NCBI GenBank assembly: GCA_017615055.1
Contig: JAGAAW010000133.1
Location: 2,463-66,462, forward strand
From: Fibrobacter sp.
GTDB lineage: Bacteria > Fibrobacterota > Fibrobacteria > Fibrobacterales > Fibrobacteraceae
DNA: 64,000 nt
Direction: 5' to 3'
The position numbers were made by a program, and so were the translations under genes. Within the stretch, counting starts at the first letter, position 1. Each line of letters begins with the position of its first letter. A model generated the notes under the pieces. That model had not been told where the DNA came from and ran no database searches. It worked only from the letters and a program-made list of their open reading frames with translations. Below are positions 51,789-60,111 of this stretch, piece after piece.

Positions 51789-52685
51789 ATGAAGAAGAAT
51801 CTAGTGGGTTTAGGAATCGCCCTCACCATGGGCTTGGCTACGACTATCTATGCGGATAGGTGCCCTAACGCATGGCCCGCGGAGGGCGAAAACTACGCCT
51901 CCGGCACGATAGACGGTACAAACTACAGTTACGAAGTCTGGCGCGATGGCTACAATGCTTATTTGGAGTGCTACGATGATGGCGGCTACTTAGTTTACTC
52001 CAAGGCCGCGGACGCTATCGTGCGCTTTGGTCCCAAGTTCGACGAGCCAAAGACCTTCGACCAGCATGGCAACTTTGCGGCGGACTACAAACTTGGTTCA
52101 ACGTACGGCGCAGGCACCGGCTTTTACTTGATCGGCATCCAGGGCAACACCACCGAGCCGAAAACTGAATTCTACATCGTAGACTACTGGTATATCGAAG
52201 ACAAAGCAGACACATCAGCTTTCGGAACCAGGATGGGCGAATTCACTGTCGATGGCGACACCTACGACATCTGGCAGAACACCGCCAACAACTACTTGGG
52301 CGTCCAGGGCAACACCTCGTTCAAGCAGTATTTCAGCATTCGACGCACCACGCGCGATAGCGGACACATCGACATTACCGCCCACTTCAAGAAGTGGGAA
52401 GAACTCGGCCTCAAGCTGGGCAAGATAACCGATGTCATGGCGCTTGTGGATGGGAGTAAGGGGAAGTCCTGGACCAGCTATCTCACTATAGACTATTTCA
52501 ATATTACCGAATCAGCAGACACTACCGGCACAGCATCAGACAGCACCGGCACGACAACTATTTCAAGGCGCGCAAGCCTGCCCGTCTTGAAGGGTGATTA
52601 CCGCGTGTTCGACATGCAAGGCCGCTACCTCGGTACTGGCGAACAGAAGCTCAGCCCCGCCGTCAGGACCGTAAAGAAGCGTTAA
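51789..52685 (+). CDS. Glycoside hydrolase family 11 xylanase-like protein
   Basis: Signal peptide; EFYIVDYW, VDGDTYDIW, TSFKQYFSIR, ITAHFKKWEELGLKLG; Thr/Ser linker; YRVFDMQGRYLG tail. Confidence 0.88.
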   Translation: MKKNLVGLGIALTMGLATTIYADRCPNAWPAEGENYASGTIDGTNYSYEVWRDGYNAYLECYDDGGYLVYSKAADAIVRFGPKFDEPKTFDQHGNFAADYKLGSTYGAGTGFYLIGIQGNTTEPKTEFYIVDYWYIEDKADTSAFGTRMGEFTVDGDTYDIWQNTANNYLGVQGNTSFKQYFSIRRTTRDSGHIDITAHFKKWEELGLKLGKITDVMALVDGSKGKSWTSYLTIDYFNITESADTTGTASDSTGTTTISRRASLPVLKGDYRVFDMQGRYLGTGEQKLSPAVRTVKKR

Positions 52686-52686
52686 A

Positions 52687-53481
52687 TCAGGTAAGATTCT
52701 TCCACTTGAAGAAAAGCGCCTTCAGTTTCTGGAGGTAGAACTTGCTTTCTTCTACATCTATAAAGAACGTGGTGATGCACACCACGAGGTGCGAACTGAG
52801 AACTATGCCCACGATAGCGTTGGCAACGTGATACGCGCCAAACATGTTTGTACGGACAAATTCAATGTGAGTCCACAGGAGCCAGAGAATCGAACATACC
52901 GCAAAGGCCTTCAGGACCAGCGTGTTATTCTTGGCAAGCGCAACAATGCCCGCCGCAATCGAAGCCGCAGTCATGATTACGACAGGCACGGAATGGTCGT
53001 ACCCGATATGCACCAAGAAGCCAAACCCGTCAACCAAAAAGACTATGGCGCAGAACCGGAGCAGGCTCAAGTTCACGCGGCTCCCTTCCGGAGTCTTCAT
53101 GTTCCCCATAAACAACGAAACGAAATAGACTACCATAAACATGTTTATAAAGTGGTCGGCCAGCCTTTGCAGCAGGAACCCGACACCCGGCGAATATTGA
53201 AGGCCCAAATACACACGCGCGAAGTTTATACCGCCAACAATACTCACTATTATCATGATTGCGGAAAAGACCCTCAGGAGTTTCGCACTCTTTTTTGCGA
53301 ACACGATTATCCCCACGAGAATAATGGCGACACTTGCAAGAATCATCGGAGCAATATCCGTAAAGGACTCGCCCTCTTCAAACTCCACCATAGTAACCTG
53401 CAACAAGAGCCTCACGAGTCGATTTAACTCGTGCACGGCAATCAGGATGCCGAAGAGTCTAAGCAAGGCAAGGTTCATCAC
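52687..53481 (-). CDS. Multi-pass membrane protein with internal duplication
   Basis: About 8 hydrophobic segments; MNLALLRLFG / VNLSLLRFCA and LLRVFSA / VLKAFAV repeats. Confidence 0.7.
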   Translation of the reverse strand: MMNLALLRLFGILIAVHELNRLVRLLLQVTMVEFEEGESFTDIAPMILASVAIILVGIIVFAKKSAKLLRVFSAIMIIVSIVGGINFARVYLGLQYSPGVGFLLQRLADHFINMFMVVYFVSLFMGNMKTPEGSRVNLSLLRFCAIVFLVDGFGFLVHIGYDHSVPVVIMTAASIAAGIVALAKNNTLVLKAFAVCSILWLLWTHIEFVRTNMFGAYHVANAIVGIVLSSHLVVCITTFFIDVEESKFYLQKLKALFFKWKNLT

Positions 53482-53486
53482 AAGTC

Positions 53487-53741
53487 CTAATGCTCGTGTT
53501 TCCCTGTCGGGCTATAACTACACCCGGAACCGTAACTAGACGAGCCGCAATAGGCACACTTGTCGCCACCATGACCATGCTTGTGCATACCGGTGGGACT
53601 ATAACTGCAACCCGAGCCATAACTGGACGAGCCGCAGTATATGCAACTTGAAGAGTCCGAGATATGGGCGTGCTTGCCAGTGGGGCTGTAGGAGCAGCCG
53701 AAACCGTAACTGGATGAACCGCAAAAACGACAATGAGACAT
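53487..53741 (-). CDS. Small triple-repeat Cys/His (CCCH-type) protein
   Basis: 3x CxxCGSSSYGxGCSYSPTGxHxH; ATG 53741 with GGAGG RBS. Confidence 0.8.
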   Translation of the reverse strand: MSHCRFCGSSSYGFGCSYSPTGKHAHISDSSSCIYCGSSSYGSGCSYSPTGMHKHGHGGDKCAYCGSSSYGSGCSYSPTGKHEH

Positions 53742-53782
53742 GGTTTGTACCTCCAACTATAAATATATAGCCAAAAATGTGC

Positions 53783-54334
53783 TTAAGGTTCTGACCGCAA
53801 CGAATCCGGAAGGGAAGCATCCGGGCCTTTCGGGCCCTTTATCCCATACGGGATATCTATCGTATCGCTATCGCACACGACGCGCACCAGAGTTTCTTCC
53901 TGGCTCGCAATGTGGCAACCCTCATCGACTTCCCAGTCCAGCGTGATTGTCGCCGTATCGCTATCGCAGTTGATGAAGAAGCTATTCAAGGAACGAGATT
54001 CAACGACGCAGAACCAGCCGTTCTCACCGTCCTTGCCATCCTTGCCGTCAACGCCGTCCTTACCATCGGCACCATCCTTGCCGTCCTTGCCATTGCGGCC
54101 GTTCAGCATTGCCCATCCCGAGCCGGTGCAGTACATGGGCACGCCAAATTCTCGATCGTAGACAATCTTCCCCATCACGGAAGAATCGCACTTGATATCC
54201 TTAATCTTCTGGTCACTGCCCAGCACGTCCACACCCACGCTGCGATCAACATCAACGACAGTCTCTTCGCTTTCACAGGCATAGAAGGCAAGGGTCGCCA
54301 TCGCAAACAAGAAAATGATTATAGCCTTCTTCAT
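53783..54334 (-). CDS. Lipoprotein with short collagen-like (GKD) tract
   Basis: FYAC lipobox; GRNGKDGKDGADGKDGVDGKDGKDGENG; Cys-hairpin repeats. Confidence 0.8.
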   Translation of the reverse strand: MKKAIIIFLFAMATLAFYACESEETVVDVDRSVGVDVLGSDQKIKDIKCDSSVMGKIVYDREFGVPMYCTGSGWAMLNGRNGKDGKDGADGKDGVDGKDGKDGENGWFCVVESRSLNSFFINCDSDTATITLDWEVDEGCHIASQEETLVRVVCDSDTIDIPYGIKGPKGPDASLPDSLRSEP

Positions 54335-54335
54335 A

Positions 54336-54995
54336 CTATTCCCCCTTCTTCACCAAATTAATGCCATCACAGGTGTATTTCTCCGGATCATACGGCGTGT
54401 CACCGCACAACCCCTTATAGAAGAGAATTTCAGAGTCACCGCACTTGCGGGTGTATGTTCCATCGCCGTTATCCTTCTCGGAACACGATTCACCGACAGG
54501 GCCCATCTCGCCCACACGCACTACCGCGGAATCTGCACCGCATACCAGCACCACCGTGTTATCTTCGTCTACATTTACGCTACATGCAGACGGCGTGCGG
54601 ATTTTCAGGTCAATCTCTATGGAATCGCTACCGCACACAACCTTGTAGACCATGTTGCTGTCGAGCACTGCAGAGCAGCTACCTCCGCTGTAGCCATCTA
54701 CGCCGTCAATGCCATCAGCGCCATCCTTTCCATCACGACCGTCTTCACCGTCCTTGCCGTCGATGCCGTCCAGGTTACGCCAGTCATGCCCATCGCAAAA
54801 GAGCACCTTGCCGGAATCTGCCACGAACACGATGGAAGCAACCGTACTGTCATTGCAGACACCTAGGCTGTCGCCCTCCTGCACGGTAGGCATATTCATG
54901 TTCTCCGCGACCTGAATCGTGCTGGTCGTCTGCTCGTCGCAGGCCACAAGGGCAAAAAGCCCGACGAACAACAGGAAATTTTTTTTCGTTTTCAT
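54336..54995 (-). CDS. Lipoprotein with collagen-like tract and one Cys repeat
   Basis: LVAC lipobox; GxD triplets; ends YKGLCGDTPYDPEKYTC. Confidence 0.8.
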   Translation of the reverse strand: MKTKKNFLLFVGLFALVACDEQTTSTIQVAENMNMPTVQEGDSLGVCNDSTVASIVFVADSGKVLFCDGHDWRNLDGIDGKDGEDGRDGKDGADGIDGVDGYSGGSCSAVLDSNMVYKVVCGSDSIEIDLKIRTPSACSVNVDEDNTVVLVCGADSAVVRVGEMGPVGESCSEKDNGDGTYTRKCGDSEILFYKGLCGDTPYDPEKYTCDGINLVKKGE

Positions 54996-55004
54996 ACTTT
55001 ATCC

Positions 55005-56993
55005 TCAATCCTTCACACAACGGACGGTGCGGTCTTCATTCTTAAGCGGCGCCTTTATCTGTACCAATCCATTATATGATGCGTCCGCGTAGAAGAAACA
55101 CACGTAAGCTGATTTTCCACTTTCAGTTTCTGTCATAGACCACGCGTCAAATCCGTTTGGATATATTGGTACATCTGCATTTTCTTGCCTATGGAATGAT
55201 TGGTCCTGCTCCCGATATTCAATTGGAACCGTACCCGTCGGGATTGCAGAGAAACCATACGGATCCTTGGGATAAACCTTATCCCGTTTAGACAAATCAA
55301 CGGACACATCCCAGTAAACGAGATCTTCCTCCCCCATTACCTCGACAAGCGCTTCCCACTCCTCTTTCGTCGGAATGTGCCACCCATTCGGGCATACACC
55401 CTGATGCGGATAAGTGATTCTATCACTACAATTATGACCATAGCCACATTCAGACTCGCTCACCTGCATTGCCACGGACCATGGGTAAAAACGCCCCTTT
55501 AGACCACAATGCTCTTTTCCATCCTTATACACGGTATCACAGAAACTATTTGGCACCTTGTAATCCAAGTTCTGCGCCATCCAGGTTTTGCCACCTATTT
55601 CCGTGAACCTATAAATCCTGCCATTCCTTCTATCACAAAATTCGTGATCAAAATTATACTCTACTCCATCGCAAGTTCCATAGCGAACGCCGTCTTTACA
55701 ATATTGCAAATTCGGGTCATACTTTTTTCCGCCGCACCTATTTTCAACTGTTCCCATACTATAGTCATACAATGGACTACATATATCAAAATATATGTCA
55801 TAGTCGTATCCCGGGCATTCTTCTGCAAGAGGTCCATAATAACAGAATTGAGTTTCTGGATTATATGTTTCGCCACCACACTTTATTTCGATAGATTCTC
55901 CAAAACAGAATTCTTGAGCGGGATTAAATTTTTTCCAGCCGCAATAGGAATATACGGAATCCTCATAGCAGAATTGCTTCTTTAGGTCATAATCTTTATC
56001 GCCGCATAAATCAACAAGCGAGTCATTGTAGCAGAACTGCTGTGCAAGGTTATAGTCTTTACCATTGCAGTAATCTACAAGCGAATCATTATAGCAGAAT
56101 TGTTGCGTCAGGTCATAGTCCTGAGTTCCACAGAGATTTACAAGCGAGTCATTATAGCAGAACTGTTGGCTCAAATCATAGTCATTGTCACCACAAGGGA
56201 TAACCACTGAATCGCCATAGCAAAAACGTTCCTTCAAGTCATACGTTTTTCCGCCACATAGGGCAATCAGAGAATCTCCGTAACAGAACTGTTTTTCAAT
56301 ATCGTAGACATGCGTGTTGCAGCGTTCCACAAGAGTGTCGCCATAACAGAACAACAAACCATCCGGGTCAAACGGGGTATCTCCACAGGCAGCCTTATAC
56401 AAAATTACGGAATCGCTACCGCAAACCAGGCGAACCTGCCCACCGCCAATATCACTCTGTTTGCATAAGTCACCATCATCGCCCTGTGCCCCCTGTAAAA
56501 GCGTGGTAGAATCTTTACCGCAAGTCAAAACATAAGATGAATCCTCGGTGAGCCTAATGGAACACGTATCCGGAATTTCAAAGTCGTAGCGGACAATCGC
56601 CTTTGTCGCACCGCACCCCAGAACAATGCCATCGGCGAACTCTTCCACAAAGCAGTCCGTACCGGACGTGCCGTATTTGCCCTTCTGGCCGTCAACGCCA
56701 TCTTCACCGTCTTTACCGTCGCGGCCGTCCTTGCCATCCTTGCCGTTCACCTTTTTCCAGGCCTTACCCGTGCAGTAATAGATGCTCGAGGAATCGCCGA
56801 CATACAGCAGTTGCCCCAGCCTTGCAGAATCGCATGTCTCCTCGGTCAACGAAACGCCCTTGCCGAGCATATCGAGGGTGTAGCGGTCCGTAACGCGAAC
56901 CGTTTCGGTGTCTCCACCACAGGCAATCAGCACTATGGCCGAAAGCAGCAGGGAAACGAAATAAAGTGAATGGAAACATCTACTGGTCATCAT
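55005..56993 (-). CDS. Lipoprotein: collagen-like tract, ~12 Cys-rich 21-aa repeats, C-terminal FISUMP domain
   Basis: LIAC lipobox; CGGKxYDLxxQFCYxDSLVxL repeats; WMAQNLDY, GVCPNGWHIP, RTVRCVKD. Confidence 0.88.
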   Translation of the reverse strand: MMTSRCFHSLYFVSLLLSAIVLIACGGDTETVRVTDRYTLDMLGKGVSLTEETCDSARLGQLLYVGDSSSIYYCTGKAWKKVNGKDGKDGRDGKDGEDGVDGQKGKYGTSGTDCFVEEFADGIVLGCGATKAIVRYDFEIPDTCSIRLTEDSSYVLTCGKDSTTLLQGAQGDDGDLCKQSDIGGGQVRLVCGSDSVILYKAACGDTPFDPDGLLFCYGDTLVERCNTHVYDIEKQFCYGDSLIALCGGKTYDLKERFCYGDSVVIPCGDNDYDLSQQFCYNDSLVNLCGTQDYDLTQQFCYNDSLVDYCNGKDYNLAQQFCYNDSLVDLCGDKDYDLKKQFCYEDSVYSYCGWKKFNPAQEFCFGESIEIKCGGETYNPETQFCYYGPLAEECPGYDYDIYFDICSPLYDYSMGTVENRCGGKKYDPNLQYCKDGVRYGTCDGVEYNFDHEFCDRRNGRIYRFTEIGGKTWMAQNLDYKVPNSFCDTVYKDGKEHCGLKGRFYPWSVAMQVSESECGYGHNCSDRITYPHQGVCPNGWHIPTKEEWEALVEVMGEEDLVYWDVSVDLSKRDKVYPKDPYGFSAIPTGTVPIEYREQDQSFHRQENADVPIYPNGFDAWSMTETESGKSAYVCFFYADASYNGLVQIKAPLKNEDRTVRCVKD

Positions 56994-59556
56994 TCTCACT
57001 CTCGTTTTTCACACAGCGAACGGTACGAGAAACATACTTACGCCATGTCGGCGTCGTGACTGAACCACCCCATTGGTTATCCGCATAGAACACACACAAA
57101 TGAACCCATTGGGTTCCAGGGCGACTAGAATCTAATGACTCCGTAGATGTCCATGCATCAAATCCGGCCGAGTTTTTTGTTCCATCACTCAATCTGCAAT
57201 AGGAATATCCTTCATAGTTGGGAATAAAACCTCTATCATCACTAATATGTTTACAGGTTCCAACATGATTAGAATCAGTAACAACGAATCCCGTCGGAAT
57301 CGCAGAAAAACCGTATTCATTTCTTCCAAAGTTATCACGCACCAGTACGGTATCATCCCAATAAACAAAATCCCCTCTTCCCATAAAATCAATCAAGGCA
57401 TCCCATTCGGCCTTCGTCGGCAAGTGCCAACCATCCGGGCACACGCCCTGGTGGGGATAGTGTAGTTGATCACCGCAACTATGACCATAACCACATTCAG
57501 ATTCCGGCAAGTCCATTGCGGCGCTCCACACATAGAAACGCCCCTTGGGGCCACAATGCGCCCAGTCATCTTTAAACAGAGAATCGCAGAAACTATTCGG
57601 GACCCTAAAGTCCAGATTATCCGCCATCCATGTCACACCATTAATTGTGGTGTACCTATAGACTCGCCAGTTCCTCTCATCGCAGAATTGCCTTCCTATT
57701 GCATATTTTTTATCCCTACACCAATCCATAACCTCGTTTATCTCACAAAATTGCTCCTGTGGATTATACTCCCGTCCTCCACATAAATCAATGAGTTCAT
57801 CATTATAACAGAATTTTTGTTTCAAGTCATAGGATTTCCCACCACAGCGTTCAACAAGATATTCGTCAATTATATATCCAGTAAGCGTATCTTTTTCCAC
57901 ATAGCAAAATTCCTGCTCAAAAACGTAAGATTCGCGATAATATTCAGGTTTGCGACGGCATTCATAAGGAACAATCTCATTGTCGTAACAAGTGTACCAT
58001 CGCACATCATAGCTTTCACCACCGCAAAGATCATACAACAGATTGTCGTAGCAGAACTGTACGCTTAGATCGTAATCCTCCCCACCACATAGGTTCACAA
58101 GCGAGTCATAATAACAGAATTCCTGTTTTACATCATAAGCCTCACCGTTACACATATCAACAAGAGAGTCGTTGTAGCAGAACTGCCTATTCGGTTGGAA
58201 GTCCACGCCTCCGCACAGGGGTGTGATTCGCCCATTATAGCAGAATGCAGATTCCAAATCATACGTTCTGCCACCACACATATCAACAAGCGAATCGTTA
58301 TAGCAGAATTGCTGTTTCGGATTGTAGTCTTTTCCCCCACACAAATTTACAAGAGAGCCATTGTCACAGAATTTCAGTTCCAAGTCATATGATTTTCCGC
58401 CACATAAATCGACTAAAGAATCATTATAACAGAACTGTTGCTTCGGGTTATAATCACTCCCGCCACACAAATCAATAAGTGAGTCGCCATAGCAGAATTG
58501 TCTTGTCAAATCATAATCCTTGCCTCCACAAAGAGAAACTATTGAATCCCTATAACAGAACTGTTGCGCTAAGTCATAGTCCTTGCCACCGCACAAACTG
58601 ACGAGCGAATCTTCGTAACAGAACTGCTGTGCTAAGTCATAGTCCTCACCGTCACAATTGGTAACTACCGTATCCCCGTAGCAGAATTGTTCTTCCACAT
58701 TAAAAGATTCGCCGCCGCAAAGAGTGACTATTGAGTCACTAGAACAAAAAACTGCTTCCGGATTATACGATTCCCCGCCGCACAGGCCTACAAGTGAATC
58801 ACTAAAACAGAACTGCTGCGTCAGGTCATAGGTTTTTCCGCCACACATATCAACGAGCGAATCTCCGTAACAAAACTGTTTCTTGATATCGTAGATGTGT
58901 GAGCCACAGCGCTGCACAAGGGTATCGCCGTAACAGAACAGCGAACCATCCGGGTCAAACGGGATATCGCCGCAGGCGGCCTTATACAAGGTTACAGAAT
59001 CGCCCCCGCAAACTAGGCGAACCTGCCCGCCTCCAATATCCGTCTGCTTGCATATATCCCCGTCATCACCTTGCGGACCCTGCACAATCGTGGCAGAGTC
59101 CTTACCGCAGGTCAAGACATAAGATGAATCGGACCGGAGTGCAATGCGGCACGTATCGGGGAGTTCAAAGTCATAGCGGACAACGGCCTTTGTCGCACCA
59201 CAACCCATCACGAAACCTTCCGCAAAATCTTCTATAAAGCAGTCGGTACCAGATGTCCCGTTCTCACCCCTCCTGCCATCAGTACCATCGGTGCCGTCTT
59301 TACCATCACGGCCGTCCGTGCCATCCTTGCCATTTACCTTTTTCCAGGCCTTGCCGGTGCAATAATAAATGCTCGAGGAATCGCCGACATACAGCAACTG
59401 ACCAATCCTTGCGGAATCACATTTCTCCTCGGTCAGCGAAACGCCCTTGCCGAGCATATCGAGGGTATAGCGGTCCGTAACACGAACCGTTTCGGAGTCT
59501 TCCCCGCAGGCAATCAGTGCCAGCGCCGCCAGCACGAGGGGAAACCAGATTTTCAT
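56980..59556 (-). CDS. Lipoprotein: collagen-like tract, ~20 Cys-rich 21-aa repeats, C-terminal FISUMP domain
   Basis: LIAC lipobox; same repeats; WMADNLDF, GVCPDGWHLP, RTVRCVKN; start 59556 or 59568. Confidence 0.88.
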   Translation of the reverse strand: MKIWFPLVLAALALIACGEDSETVRVTDRYTLDMLGKGVSLTEEKCDSARIGQLLYVGDSSSIYYCTGKAWKKVNGKDGTDGRDGKDGTDGTDGRRGENGTSGTDCFIEDFAEGFVMGCGATKAVVRYDFELPDTCRIALRSDSSYVLTCGKDSATIVQGPQGDDGDICKQTDIGGGQVRLVCGGDSVTLYKAACGDIPFDPDGSLFCYGDTLVQRCGSHIYDIKKQFCYGDSLVDMCGGKTYDLTQQFCFSDSLVGLCGGESYNPEAVFCSSDSIVTLCGGESFNVEEQFCYGDTVVTNCDGEDYDLAQQFCYEDSLVSLCGGKDYDLAQQFCYRDSIVSLCGGKDYDLTRQFCYGDSLIDLCGGSDYNPKQQFCYNDSLVDLCGGKSYDLELKFCDNGSLVNLCGGKDYNPKQQFCYNDSLVDMCGGRTYDLESAFCYNGRITPLCGGVDFQPNRQFCYNDSLVDMCNGEAYDVKQEFCYYDSLVNLCGGEDYDLSVQFCYDNLLYDLCGGESYDVRWYTCYDNEIVPYECRRKPEYYRESYVFEQEFCYVEKDTLTGYIIDEYLVERCGGKSYDLKQKFCYNDELIDLCGGREYNPQEQFCEINEVMDWCRDKKYAIGRQFCDERNWRVYRYTTINGVTWMADNLDFRVPNSFCDSLFKDDWAHCGPKGRFYVWSAAMDLPESECGYGHSCGDQLHYPHQGVCPDGWHLPTKAEWDALIDFMGRGDFVYWDDTVLVRDNFGRNEYGFSAIPTGFVVTDSNHVGTCKHISDDRGFIPNYEGYSYCRLSDGTKNSAGFDAWTSTESLDSSRPGTQWVHLCVFYADNQWGGSVTTPTWRKYVSRTVRCVKNESENDDQ

Positions 59557-59585
59557 CCTACCACCCATAGTAAGCAAATAATAAC

Positions 59586-59616
59586 AAAAAAAACGGCCCG
59601 GATAATTCCGGGTCGC
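59586..59616 (-). terminator. Intrinsic terminator on minus strand, downstream of the aspartokinase remnant
   Basis: ggcccgga-taat-tccgggtc hairpin preceded on + strand by an A-run. Confidence 0.6.
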
Positions 59617-59634
59617 GGTTTATATTCGGGTTTG

Positions 59635-59680
59635 AGATCCTTCGTGGCTTCGCCACTCAGGATGACACCGGAGGTGTCAC
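59635..59680 (-). repeat. REP-like palindromic element, copy 2
   Basis: Reverse complement gtgacac-ctccg-gtgtcatcctgagtggcgaagccacgaaggatct. Confidence 0.75.
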
Positions 59681-59838
59681 TTCACAAACGCGCCGTAGAT
59701 GGCCTTGATGGCCTTCTCGGTATCGGCTTCGTCAACACCGGTGATGATGTTGATCTGCGAAGAACCCTGGTCGATGATGCGGACGTTCACCTTGTTGTCG
59801 GCGAGAGCCTTGGAATCCACGACGATATATTTTTTCAA
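59677..59838 (-). pseudogene. 3' remnant of an aspartate kinase (C-terminal ACT domain)
   Basis: Hand translation: IVVDSKALADNKVNVRIIDQGSSQINIITGVDEADTEKAIKAIYGAFVK*; QGSS-x-I-x-I motif; core-like codons; no kinase domain upstream. Confidence 0.75.
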
Positions 59839-59890
59839 TTTTGCCCATAAAAGCGCTCCTTAAAGAAAAAAATATGGTATATTTCTTGAC

Positions 59891-60061
59891 ATGGATATTT
59901 TGGGTAACATGAGCCGCTCTCTATTGGGCCATTCGGACCGCTTTGCGTTGTTCGTTAAACCCGTTACCCCCCCCAGGTAAAAATCAGTTTACAAGTCGTT
60001 TGTAATCCTTTTTTCAGGATTACTAAAAAACACCGCGACATTTTACGTTGCGGCGGTTTTT
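59891..60061 (+). promoter_or_regulatory. Possible leader: 29-codon uORF followed by two hairpins, the second terminator-like
   Basis: TATATT 7 nt before ATG 59891; ORF ends 59980; gtaatcct/aggattac hairpin; accgcgac/gttgcggcggttttt hairpin. Confidence 0.4.
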
Positions 60062-60111
60062 GCGTTTTTAAAACATTCAATAAAGCACAAGAAATTTAAG
60101 CAGGAGCAATT

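Noticed and set aside
53487-53741. Multiheme cytochrome c
   Set aside because: Motif is CxxCG, not CxxCH, and there is no export signal
55005-57200. Diversity-generating retroelement acting on FISUMP C-termini
   Set aside because: No reverse transcriptase, Avd or non-coding template repeat recognised, and head differences do not look adenine-restricted. A trans-acting DGR elsewhere cannot be excluded.
59632-59850. 72-aa plus-strand ORF
   Set aside because: Antisense shadow of the REP element and aspartokinase fragment
59850-60060. Lysine riboswitch upstream of the aspartokinase remnant
   Set aside because: Only GGAGCGCT matches; the other conserved segments were not found; better explained as an RBS
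59967-60111. Poly-C phase variation fusing the uORF to the 60112 gene
   Set aside because: In-frame TAA at 60097-60099 blocks fusion whatever the tract length
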